Below the pieces are notes generated by a model. It did no database searches. It saw nothing but the letters and a program-made list of their open reading frames with translations, and was not told where the DNA came from. From a candidate division FCPU426 bacterium (GTDB lineage: Bacteria; Oederibacteriota; Muellerivitia; Muellerivitales; Muellerivitaceae): DNA of 64,000 bases. The DNA lies in contig CAVRAL010000001.1 of NCBI GenBank assembly GCA_963719085.1, forward strand, positions 896,001 through 960,000, in the 5' to 3' direction. Below, piece after piece: positions 37,233 to 47,517 of the stretch. The position numbers were made by a program, and so were the translations under genes. The number at the start of each line of letters is the position of its first letter. Position 1 is the stretch's first letter.

Positions 37233-37985
37233 TTAGTACCGGACCAAGGCCTCAAAAGAATCGGCTTTAAGGCTGGCGCCGCCCACCAAAGCCCCGTCAA
37301 TATCCGGCTGGGCCATCAATTGCTTGATATTCTCGGGCTTCACGCTTCCCCCATATTGAATCCGGAGGGCTTCCGCCGCTCCCGCGTTGTATTTGGCCTT
37401 AACCCATTCCCGGATGAAATGATGCACCTGGTTGGCCTGCTCCGGCGTCGCCGTCTTCCCCGTCCCAATCGCCCAAACCGGCTCATAGGCGATGACCACG
37501 GATGCCAAATCCGCCAGCGAGATATTCTCAAAGCAACCCTTCAACTGGGTCTCAATGACCGCCTCGGTCTTTCCCGATTCCCGCTCCTGAAGGGTTTCCC
37601 CCACGCAAACAATCGCCTTCAAACCATTTTTCAGGACGTTTTTAAGCTTTTGGTTGATCCGGGAGTCGGTGTCGTTGTCATATTGACGGCGCTCCGAATG
37701 ACCCAAAATCACGAACTTCACCCCAACCGCTCGAAGCATGGAAGGACTCACATTGCCGGTAAAGGCGCCCTCGTTTTCCCAGTGGGCGTCTTGGGCGCCG
37801 ACTTGGATTTTGGAAAAGCCCAAAACGCCCGTGACCGCGTCCAGCGACAAGGCGGTGGGGCAAACCACGATTTCCCGGCCTTCGACGTCTTTCAATTTTT
37901 CGTCCAATTGTTTCGCGAAGTCCACGGACTCCTTGACGGTTTTATACATTTTCCAGTTACCGGCGATAATCGGGGTGCGGGCCAT
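37233..37985 (-). CDS. tpiA: Triosephosphate isomerase
   Basis: AGNWKM, GHSERR, AYEPVWAIGTG, YGGSV, LVGGASL. Confidence 0.99.
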   Translation of the reverse strand: MARTPIIAGNWKMYKTVKESVDFAKQLDEKLKDVEGREIVVCPTALSLDAVTGVLGFSKIQVGAQDAHWENEGAFTGNVSPSMLRAVGVKFVILGHSERRQYDNDTDSRINQKLKNVLKNGLKAIVCVGETLQERESGKTEAVIETQLKGCFENISLADLASVVIAYEPVWAIGTGKTATPEQANQVHHFIREWVKAKYNAGAAEALRIQYGGSVKPENIKQLMAQPDIDGALVGGASLKADSFEALVRY

Positions 37986-38026
37986 ATGAGGTTCCTTTCA
38001 AATTTCAAATCAAGAAACTGCGATTT

Positions 38027-38116
38027 ACCACGAAGTTCACAAAGTTCACGAAGTTTAGGCAAAACAATCTACTTTTGATTTTTGTCTCACTTCGTGCACT
38101 TTGTGAACTTCGTGGT
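38027..38116. repeat. Long palindrome with 9-bp internal periodicity (family B)
   Basis: 28-bp arms ACCACGAAGTTCACAAAGT(T/G)CACGAAGT with one mismatch, AT-rich loop. Confidence 0.85.
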
Positions 38117-38124
38117 GAAAAATC

Positions 38125-39327
38125 TTATTTCTTGTCGGTTAACGCGACAATTCCTGGAAGTTGTTTCCCTTCCATGAACTCAAGCGAGGCGCCGCCGCCG
38201 GTGGAGATATGGGACATTTTGGAAGCCAATCCCATTTGGGTCACCGCCGCCACCGAGTCGCCGCCGCCCACGATGGTAATGGCTCCCCGTTCGGAAGCTT
38301 CGGCCATTAATTTGGCGATGGCCAGCGTCCCCTTGGCGAAGGGTTCCATCTCAAAGACTCCGATGGGGCCGTTCCAAAAAATGGTTTTGGCGGTGCGGAT
38401 GAAGGTCGCGTATTTTTCAACGGTATTCGGCCCCGCGTCCAACCCTTCCCAGCCGGGCGCGATGCCTCCCCGGGGGACAATCTTGATGTTCGCTTTGGCG
38501 TCGTATTTATCCGCGACCACGTGGTCGATGGGCAAAAGAAGCGGCACATCGGTATCAATGGATTGCATCATCAGATCCTTGGCCAAATCGATCTTGTCGT
38601 TCTCCACGATCGAATTCCCAATCTCCAATTTCCGGGCTTTCAAAAAGGTATAGGCCATCCCGCCGCCGATGATCAAAACGTCCACGACCTTCATTAAGCT
38701 CTTGATGACCTCAATTTTCGAGGAAACCTTCGACCCGCCCACAATGGCCACGAAAGGCCGCGCCGGGTTGGATAAAGCCCCGCCCAGGTACTGGATTTCT
38801 TTCATCATCAGGAATCCCGCCGCCGACTGGGGGATGAACTTGGTCACGCCCTCCGTGGAAGCGTGGGCCCGGTGGGCGGTGCCAAAGGCGTCGTTCACGT
38901 AAAGATCGGCCAAGGCCGCCAATTTTTTGGCGAAAGCGGGGTCGTTCTTTTCTTCCTCGGGATAAAAACGGATGTTTTCCAACAAGGCCACATCCCCGTT
39001 CTTCATGGCCGCGACTTCCTTCTCGACTTCCGGACCCACCGAATCAGTCAAAGCCTTCACCGGCTTCTTTAAAAGCTCGGACAAGCGTTCGGCCACCGGC
39101 TTCAAGCGCAGCTTCTCGTCCACGCCCTTGGGGCGTCCCAAGTGGGAAACCAAAACCACCTTGGCCCCTTTATCCGAAAGATATTGGATGGTTTTCAGGG
39201 ATTCGCGGATACGGGTATCGTCGGTGATTTTGAGATTCGCGTCGAGCGGGACGTTAAAATCCACCCGGACCAAAACCCTTTTACCCGCCGGGCTTAAATC
39301 TTCCACCGTTAATTTGTTGAGCGCCAA
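38125..39327 (-). CDS. pgk: Phosphoglycerate kinase
   Basis: [42 protein letters not shown]. Confidence 0.99.
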   Translation of the reverse strand: MALNKLTVEDLSPAGKRVLVRVDFNVPLDANLKITDDTRIRESLKTIQYLSDKGAKVVLVSHLGRPKGVDEKLRLKPVAERLSELLKKPVKALTDSVGPEVEKEVAAMKNGDVALLENIRFYPEEEKNDPAFAKKLAALADLYVNDAFGTAHRAHASTEGVTKFIPQSAAGFLMMKEIQYLGGALSNPARPFVAIVGGSKVSSKIEVIKSLMKVVDVLIIGGGMAYTFLKARKLEIGNSIVENDKIDLAKDLMMQSIDTDVPLLLPIDHVVADKYDAKANIKIVPRGGIAPGWEGLDAGPNTVEKYATFIRTAKTIFWNGPIGVFEMEPFAKGTLAIAKLMAEASERGAITIVGGGDSVAAVTQMGLASKMSHISTGGGASLEFMEGKQLPGIVALTDKK

Positions 39328-39350
39328 GATCCGCCTCCTAAAATGTCTTT

Positions 39351-39714
39351 AGAACCTCTAACAAAAATCAAAGGCATCGCAACAATGATGAACGCTGATA
39401 AACGCGGATTTGTAAAAAATCATAGGACTTCGACCATTTTTTATCAGCGTCCATCCGTATCCATCATTGTAAAAAAGGTTTTTGTAAGAGACTCTTAGAA
39501 CCTCCAACAAAATTAAACGTCATTGAACAATGATGTTCCCAGGCTCCATATTGAAGTCAAAAATACCCGGGACACCGCCGCTCTCCCATAACCATGATAT
39601 GGAGAAGCGACGCGGACGCCGATAAACGCAGATTTGAGAAAACATAAAATTGGGCCATTTTTCATCAGCGTTCATCCGCGTTAATCATTGTAAAAAGTCA
39701 TTATTAGAGACTCT
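39351..39714. mobile_element. Two tandem MITE-like units (39351-39495, 39497-39714), each enclosing a family A palindrome
   Basis: Each starts AGAACCTC(T/C)AACAAAA and ends TT(G/A)T(A/T)AGAGACTCT (imperfect terminal inverted repeats); no coding capacity. Confidence 0.65.
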
Positions 39715-40649
39715 CACTTCTTTTTTGCCTGCATATCGGTCTTGAAGGCTTCCGCGATCGTGCTCAAAGCGCCCAAGGTTCCGCTGGCTTCCATCGGCAA
39801 AAAGATCTTAGTGGCTTGGCCGTCGGCCACGGTGCCGAGCGTCTCCATGTACTTCAAGGCCAAAATATCCTGGGTCGGATTTCCGTCATGCATGGCCTTG
39901 AAAACGGTGGTGATGGCCTGCGCCTCACCCTCAGCCAAGGCGATTTTTTGGAATTTATTCGCGCTGGCGACCTGTTGGATCGCCGCGGCCTGTCCTTCGG
40001 CGCTCAGGATGGCCGATTGCTTTTCCCCTTCCGCCTTGGTGATGGCGGCCTGCTTGATTCCCTCGGCCTCGATGATGGCGGCCCGCTTGGTGCGCTCCGC
40101 CTTCATTTGGGCGCTCATGGCGTTCACGATATCGGCCGGCGGGTCGATCTTTTGGATTTCCACGCGCGTGACCTTCACGCCCCATTTGTCGGTGGCCTCG
40201 TCCAAAATTTCCCGCAGTTGGGTGTTGATGCGCTCCCGGCTGTTCAAGGTCTCATCCAGCGCCAGTTCCCCGATGGTATTGCGCAGGTTGGTTTGGGCCA
40301 GCTTCAAGGCCGACATCTCGAACTGCTTCACGTTGTAAACCACCTTGAAGGCGTCCGTCACCAAGAAATAAATGACCGCGTCCACGGTCACGACCACGTT
40401 GTCTTTGGTGATAACTTCCTGGGGCGGAACCCCGATGACCTGCTCGCGCATGTCGACTTTGCGCATGGTCTCGATGAAGGGAAACACCACGGTCAAGCCG
40501 GGCTCGCTGGTCTTTAAAAACCGTCCCAAACGCTCCACCAAACCCTTTTCAAAGGGCCGCACGATCTTGATGGCCATGGACACGTAGATAAAAGCGAAAA
40601 TGAAAACAATAAAAACCACCGGACCTTCCAAAGCGCCTAACGCGTCCAT
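39714..40649 (-). CDS. SPFH/stomatin-like protein (QmcA/YbbK type)
   Basis: N-terminal TM, VERLG, VITKDNV, WGVKVTRVE, QMKAER..RA.I.EAEG. Confidence 0.95.
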   Translation of the reverse strand: MDALGALEGPVVFIVFIFAFIYVSMAIKIVRPFEKGLVERLGRFLKTSEPGLTVVFPFIETMRKVDMREQVIGVPPQEVITKDNVVVTVDAVIYFLVTDAFKVVYNVKQFEMSALKLAQTNLRNTIGELALDETLNSRERINTQLREILDEATDKWGVKVTRVEIQKIDPPADIVNAMSAQMKAERTKRAAIIEAEGIKQAAITKAEGEKQSAILSAEGQAAAIQQVASANKFQKIALAEGEAQAITTVFKAMHDGNPTQDILALKYMETLGTVADGQATKIFLPMEASGTLGALSTIAEAFKTDMQAKKK

Positions 40650-40673
40650 AAAGCCTCCTGGAAATTAAAAAAG

Positions 40674-41114
40674 TTATTGGGTTGGGTTAATAATTTCGAC
40701 GATTAAAAGATTGGACCTAACTTCTTTCACCCGGACCTCATCGCCCACCGTCAAGGACGGAGACCCTTGCGACTCGACCCGCCAGGACTGGCCTTCCACC
40801 ATGGCATAGCCATGGGTCGGGGGATTCGACAAGAGCTTGGTGACTTTTCCGGTTTGCCCGATGAGTGAGTCCACATTGGCCAAACGGGCGCTTTTACCCG
40901 ATAGCTTGGCGGCCCAACGGCGGGTGACGGCGACGAGCAACACCGAGGAAACGCCAAATAAAATATACTGAATGACGTCGGAAGGAACAAAAAAACTGAC
41001 GATGGCCGTGAGGACTGCCCCCGCGCCTATCCATAGGAAGAAAAAAGAGGTGGTGGCGATTTCCAGGGTGAACAACGCCACCGCCAGAAGTCCCCACCAG
41101 AGCGCAGGAGCCAT
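40674..41114 (-). CDS. NfeD-like (YbbJ) membrane protein
   Basis: Hydrophobic N-terminus with LEI...FF.LW.G, LIGQTG.V and GQSW OB-fold; paired with SPFH. Start at ATG 41114. Confidence 0.9.
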   Translation of the reverse strand: MAPALWWGLLAVALFTLEIATTSFFFLWIGAGAVLTAIVSFFVPSDVIQYILFGVSSVLLVAVTRRWAAKLSGKSARLANVDSLIGQTGKVTKLLSNPPTHGYAMVEGQSWRVESQGSPSLTVGDEVRVKEVRSNLLIVEIINPTQ

Positions 41115-41137
41115 GAGCCCGCCTTTTACAGGAAGCT

Positions 41138-42145
41138 TTACTTCTTCGAGGCCATGTATTCCACGAGGTCGACCACGCGGTTGGAATAACCCCATTCGTT
41201 GTCATACCAGGAAAGCACCTTGACCATATTGCCGCCCACCACGTAAGTGGAAAGCAGGTCCACGATCGAGGAATGCGAGTTGCCTTTGAAGTCCAAGGAA
41301 ACCAAGGGTTCGTCGGTCACGTCCAGATACTTGTCCAGTTTCGGGCTCTTGGCCGCTTCTTTCAAAGCGTTGTTCACGTCGTCCTTGGTGACGGTTTTGG
41401 AGACTTCGACCACCAGGTCGACCACCGAAACCACCGGCGTGGGAACGCGGATCGACAATCCGTCCAATTTTCCCTTCATTTCCGGCAGGACCAAACCAAT
41501 GGCCTTGGCGGCTCCCGTGCTGGTCGGGATCATGTTGAGGCTGGCGGCGCGGGCGCGGCGCAGGTCCTTATGCGGAAAGTCCAAGGTGACCTGGTCGTTG
41601 GTGAAGCTGTGGATCGTGGTCATCAAGCCCTTCACGATGCCGAACTTCTCGTGCAAAACCTTGGCGAAAGGCGCCAAGCAGTTGGTCGTGCAGGAAGCGT
41701 TGGAAACCACATGGTGGTTCGCCGGTTCGTATTTATCCTCGTTCACGCCCAAGACGATGGTGATATCCTCGCCCGTGGCCGGCGCCGAGATGATGACTTT
41801 CTTCACGGAATCGCGAAGATGGGCCTTGGCCTTTTCCTTATCGGTGAAGAACCCCGTGGATTCCACCACGAATTCCGCGCCCACGGTTCCCCAAGGAATC
41901 TGGGCCGGATCGCGCTGGGAGAACACTTTGATTTCTTTGCCGTTGACCGTGATGGAGCCTTCGCCGGCCTTGATGTCGGCGTGCAAGTTGCCCAGCACCG
42001 AGTCGTACTTGAGCAAATGAGCCAGGGTTTTGGAATCCGTCAGGTCGTTTACGGCGACGATTTCAATGTTGGGGTTGCTCATCGCGGCGCGATAGACGTT
42101 GCGTCCAATGCGACCGAATCCGTTGATTCCGACTTTAATGGCCAT
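41138..42145 (-). CDS. gap: Type I glyceraldehyde-3-phosphate dehydrogenase
   Basis: [39 protein letters not shown]. Confidence 0.99.
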   Translation of the reverse strand: MAIKVGINGFGRIGRNVYRAAMSNPNIEIVAVNDLTDSKTLAHLLKYDSVLGNLHADIKAGEGSITVNGKEIKVFSQRDPAQIPWGTVGAEFVVESTGFFTDKEKAKAHLRDSVKKVIISAPATGEDITIVLGVNEDKYEPANHHVVSNASCTTNCLAPFAKVLHEKFGIVKGLMTTIHSFTNDQVTLDFPHKDLRRARAASLNMIPTSTGAAKAIGLVLPEMKGKLDGLSIRVPTPVVSVVDLVVEVSKTVTKDDVNNALKEAAKSPKLDKYLDVTDEPLVSLDFKGNSHSSIVDLLSTYVVGGNMVKVLSWYDNEWGYSNRVVDLVEYMASKK

Positions 42146-42213
42146 GCTGTTCCTCCGGTTTTGATCCAAAAAGGGATAAATCAGCCCAATAAAAGGGCCT
42201 TAAATGAAGCGAT

Positions 42214-42242
42214 AAGCTAACACAGGGGGTTTACTGGGTCAA
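42214..42242 (-). promoter_or_regulatory. sigma70-type promoter of the gap operon
   Basis: TTGACC-17 nt-TAGCTT with extended TG. Confidence 0.55.
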
Positions 42243-42270
42243 GGGCCGGGGGTAAAGACTGAAGCGGGAT

Positions 42271-43002
42271 TTAAACCGCTTCCGCCTCAAAATGATGCGG
42301 GGTTCGTCCATAAACAACCGCCTTCACCACCGACACGCCCGCTTGGCGTAAAACCTTCGCGCATTCTTCCAGCGTCGCCCCAGTCGTTAAAACATCATCC
42401 ACTAAAACCACTTGGGAAGCCGGCGGCTGAGAGCCGACATAACGATAGGCGCCCTTGGGATTGGTCAGTCTCTTTTGACGGCTCAAGGACATCTGCGCCG
42501 GGGTTGAAATCGTTTTAACAATAGTTTCTTTTAGGGGTTTACGAACCCGCTTCGCGATCGCGCCCGCCAGCAATCGGGCCGGATGATAACCCCGCTCCCT
42601 TTCTCGTTCGGAACTTAAGGGCACGGGCACAATCGCGTCGACGCCCTCCCAAAAAGAATCGGAACTCTCCGCTGTCATTTTTTCAGCCAAAACTTCCGCT
42701 AAAGCTTCCATCCCTTCAAACTTAAAGGCGTGATGCGCCAACCGCAAAGGGCCCCTATAAGCGCCAAAGGCGCGGGTTTCCGTTAAAAAATAATCACGAT
42801 CCCCGCAATCCCGGCATCGGGGACGGACCGATCCCTCAAACGCTCCTACGGCCAAAGCGATTCCACAATGGCCGCAACGAACGCCTTCGTAAGGTTCAAC
42901 GGAATCAAAACAAGAAGCGCAAAGGACGTTCGAAAGGCCTTCGCGGAAGGGGTCGCCGCAGTAGCGGCAGACTTTAGGAAATAGCGTGTCGATCAAGAAC
43001 AT
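42271..43002 (-). CDS. comF: ComF family protein (double zinc ribbon plus PRTase)
   Basis: Four CxxC motifs, VPVPL...RERGY, VLVDDVLTTGATL. Confidence 0.93.
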   Translation of the reverse strand: MFLIDTLFPKVCRYCGDPFREGLSNVLCASCFDSVEPYEGVRCGHCGIALAVGAFEGSVRPRCRDCGDRDYFLTETRAFGAYRGPLRLAHHAFKFEGMEALAEVLAEKMTAESSDSFWEGVDAIVPVPLSSERERERGYHPARLLAGAIAKRVRKPLKETIVKTISTPAQMSLSRQKRLTNPKGAYRYVGSQPPASQVVLVDDVLTTGATLEECAKVLRQAGVSVVKAVVYGRTPHHFEAEAV

Positions 43003-43017
43003 AAGAAGTTACCTCGC

Positions 43018-46000
43018 CTACTTGACGACCGCCACTTTATCAATTTCCTGGTGGTCGGGCATCTCGGTGGTGATGAGATAGACACCGGAAGCAACTAGAC
43101 TGCCGTTCATATTTTTCCCATCCCACATCAAATCGGGATCCACCAGATGGGTATATACACCAACCGACGCAAAATTTCTGTGGACCAATTGCTTGATGAA
43201 TGTTCCCGCCAAGTTGTAAACCTTGATCGTCACCATTCCCGCTTTGGTGATCGCCAACCGAAAATGAACCGCATTGTTCGCCGTACCGGGACGAATCGCG
43301 TTTAAATCCAAGGCGTTGCTGGCACCTAAGGCAAAAGCAGTTACCACGTTATAAGATGAAAAATGCGCTAGGGCGGTCGGAACATCCGGCGGATTATCAA
43401 AAGCTTGCACTAAATAAGAAAAAGCATTGCCCCCAACAATGGTCTCCGGATCAGAATAAGTCACCAAACCCGCGGAAGGTTGACTAATCCCCGTGGTAAA
43501 GGAAACCGGATAAGTGGCTCCGCCGTCCACCGACTGGTAAACCACGTAGCCGCCTAAGGGATACATGGTGGTCGGGTCAAAAACCGTCACCGGCGGCGCG
43601 GTCAAAGGAACCGCCAAATTCGCGGGGTACCAACTCAAGGTATTCGCGTTCCCGCTTTGGGCAATCGTCACCGTTCCATCATTTACCACCGGCGGTTTGG
43701 CGGGCAACGCGGTTACCGAGGCGCTTAAAGCGGTGCCGCCAGACACCGTATCAATCGTCTCCATTTGATACACATAAAAGGTTTTATCGAGCAAACCCGA
43801 ATCGGTGTAATTATTGCCGGTGATCCCTGTTTTCACGACTTGGAAACTTCCCAAGGTGTCCGCCCCTAGTTTTCTAAAAAGCGTATAGCTTACGGCGCCG
43901 CTGGGCGCGCCTTGGAAATCCCAGCGAAGTTGGACAAGGCCATCCCCTGAAATGGACGTCAAATTTTGAACCGGTTGCGGAACCACCACTTCACTGACCG
44001 AAGCCGAAAACCCGCTTTGGACCCCGCCTCCCGAAATCGCCGCGACTTGATAAAAGTAAGTCCCCGAGTCTGAAACGGCGCTATCCGAGTAGCTGGTGGC
44101 CGCCGCTCCCGGAACTTGGGCGAGTTCCACAAAAGTCGGGGTCGCCGAGGGCGTGGCAACCGCCCGGTACACCACATAACCTGATACCGATCCCGGCGTG
44201 GGCGTCATGACCGGCGAAAACTGGGCCCAGACCAGCTCATTGTGATCCGCCCCCGGAGTCACGCCAAGGGACGGCGGATGAATGGCGATGATCCCCGCGG
44301 TCACCGGCGAGCCTTGGCCCTGGTTGTTATAGGAAGTCATGGAATAGTAATAAGCGGTCGCGGGTACCACTTGACTATCTACGGTGGTAGCGCTGGAGGG
44401 CCCCAGCGGAACAAACAGCGGGGTCGGTGTGGCCCCGGCGGTGGTGGACCGGTAAATTTGATAAGCCGTCACAGAAACATCACCGGCCGGCGCGGCCCAA
44501 GCCAAGGTCACCGCGGAAGGGCCCGCCGATAAGTTAAGCGCCGAAGGCGGATTGGGCCACATCGTGACCGCGGCGTTCCCCACGACGTTTTGATTGGCCG
44601 CGATTCCCAACCGCGAAGGAACCACCCGGTAATAGGTGACATAGCCCTGGGTTAAAGTCGCCGGGTCCGAAAGGAAGGAGGTGGGCGACGATACGGTGCC
44701 GATGAGGTTCTCAAAAGGAAAGCCGGAATCGGTCGAACTATAAATGGTGTAGCTGTCCACGTTGGATGGGTAGGTCAACCCGGATATCCAAACCACCGGC
44801 GGAATCGCAGGGGTCGTTCCCGGTGTGGGTGAAAATCCCGGAGGCGGCGAGAGACTGACCGTCGGGGTCCAAAGCGGCGCCGAAAAAGCGGTAGCGGGCA
44901 TGCTCGCGTCACTGAATCCTTGGTGATTGATGGCGGCCACGCTGTAAGACGAAATGGTTCCGGGAGTTTCCGTGGCCTGCCAAACAAAAATCGGCGTCGG
45001 CGTGGGGCTCAACAGGGTAACCGGTGCCCCGTTATAAGTGGCGATCGGAGTTTGGGTCGCGTTCAAATAAATGGCGTAAGCCGTGACCGCGTCCGTGGTC
45101 GGGTTGGGCGGCCAGTTCAAAGTGGTCTGCGTCACTCCCCCAATCGCGGTCACACCTTGAGGAACGGTTGGCCAAGTTAAGCTGCTTCCTTCCGGAGCCG
45201 GAGTGGAAGGCGGGTAGTTAGGATAAAGCGGGCTTTCGGCGACCAATTGACCGGAGGCGTTCGATCGTGCTGTGATCCGGTAATAGTAAACAATTCCAGG
45301 TGTTAGGGTGGCGTCTGGATAAGTCAGTTGGGTAATCGGCGCTGTGCCAATCAGCGAAAAATTGGCCCCCGAAGTCTCGGAGCGATAAACACCATAAGAA
45401 TCCACTGAACCAAAACCCGGGGTTAAAGTCACGTTCGGCGTGGCATTCCAACTCACCTGCATTTTCCGGCTACCGGATGCCATTACCGCCGTCACAGCGT
45501 AAGAAGGCAACCTAATCCCCGATAAAGTGACCGGCGGCGCGCTGGACCCATGGGCGTTTTGAGCGAAAAGATAATCAAAGACTGAGGAATGCCAAAATGG
45601 GGCTGTTTGAGTAGTCGATTGAGTAAAGGTATAGGTTGCGGGACCAGCGGCGTCGATCGCTAAAGGCGTTGACGTCGGCGTAGCACTCGAAGTGGTTCCA
45701 AAATCCGGACCATAAACTTGATATCCAGTCACTGCGTCGGTCAAAGGATTCGCAAGCCAGCTATAGGTTAAGGAATTCCCGTCGCCGGTTAAAGGTAAAA
45801 GCACGGGCTGGAATGGCCCTGAATTGTTCGGGCCCGCCGTCACTTGATTGGAAGCCGATGACAAATCCGAAGTACTTCCCACCCCATCGATCGCCCCGAC
45901 TTGATAAATGAACCTCGTTCCCGCGGAGGCGCCCGTGATGAAATCATTATAAGAAGATTGGGCGGCTGAAACGGTGGCAATGGGCGTGGGCGTCACGACT

Positions 46001-47517
46001 TGAAACTCCGTCACGGGTTCCCGATAAATCCCATAGTCTTGGATGGGTCCATAAAACCCGGCCGTCGTTCCCGGCCAACTGACGACCACTTCATTGTTCC
46101 CTGTCGGCCCTGTAGCGGTGACCGCCGAAACGGGGGTTGGGGCCAAAGCCAGGGTTTCGGGCGTCGGCACGCCCATAGCCCCCTCATGGCTGGTCGTGTC
46201 GTAGGGCGCGACCCAATAGGAAATGCCATTGGCGCTGGCGTCGGACGTGTCAACCGCTTGAAGTGTCGCCGCGGCCGCCAAGACCACAGCGAAGGGGGTT
46301 GGAGTCGCCGTGGCGGACGCCGCGAAGGTCAAGGTTCCGGTCGGCGTCGGCGCGGTCGGAGGAGGCCCGTTAAGGCTTTTATAAATCCTATAGCCTTGAA
46401 GTCCATAAATGCCGTTCGAGCCTTGGGACCAAGTGATCGTCACGGCGCCGATTGCAGGACCTGGGGTCACCATGATGGGGCTGGAAACCACCGGGCCGTA
46501 AAAAGAGACCGGAGCCAAATTGGAACCGGTGTTGCCGTTGGATCCCATGGCCGATACCGAGTAATCATATGGAAACGCGGCGGAACCCGAAAACGGAACG
46601 GTCGTATCGTCATAAACATAGGTCGGCGTCACGCTGGCCACCGGAACCTGCAAAGTGGCGACGGGCGTGTTGTTTCGCATCACTTGATAAACCGACACCA
46701 CTCCGGACGCCACTTCGGACGCGGCCGGTCCATTCCAAATCAAATGAACACCATAGCCGCCTCCGCCGATAATGGACGCCGACAAGTTGGGCGCCGCCGG
46801 GGCCAAGGTGACCGGTTTGCCGGGAGCGGAAGAAAAATCCGGAACACCGCTGATATTTCCGGCCGAGTCTTGGGCCAAAACCACATAGAAAAAGTAAGAA
46901 TTGGCCGGACTGCTGACCGACGAATCCGTAAATTGATTGGTGACGGCCATGGCATAAGTCACCGGGTCAGCCGTCAAAACCACCGAACCCGGAACCGGCG
47001 AGGGAGTCCCCGTTACCGTGGCGATCGGGACCACATACCGGTAAATTTGGTACTCGGTCACCGGGTAAGTGGAAAGCGGGATTCCCCAGTTGATATTGAC
47101 GGCGTTTGTAAAAAAATTATCCAACTGGACCGATTGGATGATCGTAGGAGGGCTAAAAGGGGTGACCGTGACCGCCGAGGAAGGGCCCAGGCTATTATTG
47201 AACCCGGCCAAAAGATACTGGTAGGTTCTTCCATTGGTGACCTGGCCGTCCACAAAAGCCGGCGTCGCGGCGGCCGACACGATGGCCACCGGCGTCAGCG
47301 TCCCCGTGGGGGTCGGCGCGGCCGAAACATTTCGATAAAGATAATAATCCGTCGCCGCCGGCGTGAGCTCCTGCCAACTGAGGCTGACCGCCCCATCACC
47401 CGCCGCCGCGGTGAAAGCCGAAGGCGTCGGAAGGGTCTGAGCGGCCAAAGGCGCCGCCAAAACCACCGCCAAAAGGATTCCCCGCATGAGGGCTGAAGGT
47501 TTCAAGTCTTGTCCCAT
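43018..47517 (-). CDS. Large secreted fibronectin type III repeat protein with CTD/FlgD-Ig-like C-terminal domain
   Basis: Signal peptide; roughly a dozen L.W...Y.IYR...Y.D...Y.Y.V.A repeats; C-terminus IKVYNLAG..IK.L...WDGKN.NG..VASGVY...DKVAVVK. Confidence 0.85.
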   Translation of the reverse strand: MGQDLKPSALMRGILLAVVLAAPLAAQTLPTPSAFTAAAGDGAVSLSWQELTPAATDYYLYRNVSAAPTPTGTLTPVAIVSAAATPAFVDGQVTNGRTYQYLLAGFNNSLGPSSAVTVTPFSPPTIIQSVQLDNFFTNAVNINWGIPLSTYPVTEYQIYRYVVPIATVTGTPSPVPGSVVLTADPVTYAMAVTNQFTDSSVSSPANSYFFYVVLAQDSAGNISGVPDFSSAPGKPVTLAPAAPNLSASIIGGGGYGVHLIWNGPAASEVASGVVSVYQVMRNNTPVATLQVPVASVTPTYVYDDTTVPFSGSAAFPYDYSVSAMGSNGNTGSNLAPVSFYGPVVSSPIMVTPGPAIGAVTITWSQGSNGIYGLQGYRIYKSLNGPPPTAPTPTGTLTFAASATATPTPFAVVLAAAATLQAVDTSDASANGISYWVAPYDTTSHEGAMGVPTPETLALAPTPVSAVTATGPTGNNEVVVSWPGTTAGFYGPIQDYGIYREPVTEFQVVTPTPIATVSAAQSSYNDFITGASAGTRFIYQVGAIDGVGSTSDLSSASNQVTAGPNNSGPFQPVLLPLTGDGNSLTYSWLANPLTDAVTGYQVYGPDFGTTSSATPTSTPLAIDAAGPATYTFTQSTTQTAPFWHSSVFDYLFAQNAHGSSAPPVTLSGIRLPSYAVTAVMASGSRKMQVSWNATPNVTLTPGFGSVDSYGVYRSETSGANFSLIGTAPITQLTYPDATLTPGIVYYYRITARSNASGQLVAESPLYPNYPPSTPAPEGSSLTWPTVPQGVTAIGGVTQTTLNWPPNPTTDAVTAYAIYLNATQTPIATYNGAPVTLLSPTPTPIFVWQATETPGTISSYSVAAINHQGFSDASMPATAFSAPLWTPTVSLSPPPGFSPTPGTTPAIPPVVWISGLTYPSNVDSYTIYSSTDSGFPFENLIGTVSSPTSFLSDPATLTQGYVTYYRVVPSRLGIAANQNVVGNAAVTMWPNPPSALNLSAGPSAVTLAWAAPAGDVSVTAYQIYRSTTAGATPTPLFVPLGPSSATTVDSQVVPATAYYYSMTSYNNQGQGSPVTAGIIAIHPPSLGVTPGADHNELVWAQFSPVMTPTPGSVSGYVVYRAVATPSATPTFVELAQVPGAAATSYSDSAVSDSGTYFYQVAAISGGGVQSGFSASVSEVVVPQPVQNLTSISGDGLVQLRWDFQGAPSGAVSYTLFRKLGADTLGSFQVVKTGITGNNYTDSGLLDKTFYVYQMETIDTVSGGTALSASVTALPAKPPVVNDGTVTIAQSGNANTLSWYPANLAVPLTAPPVTVFDPTTMYPLGGYVVYQSVDGGATYPVSFTTGISQPSAGLVTYSDPETIVGGNAFSYLVQAFDNPPDVPTALAHFSSYNVVTAFALGASNALDLNAIRPGTANNAVHFRLAITKAGMVTIKVYNLAGTFIKQLVHRNFASVGVYTHLVDPDLMWDGKNMNGSLVASGVYLITTEMPDHQEIDKVAVVK

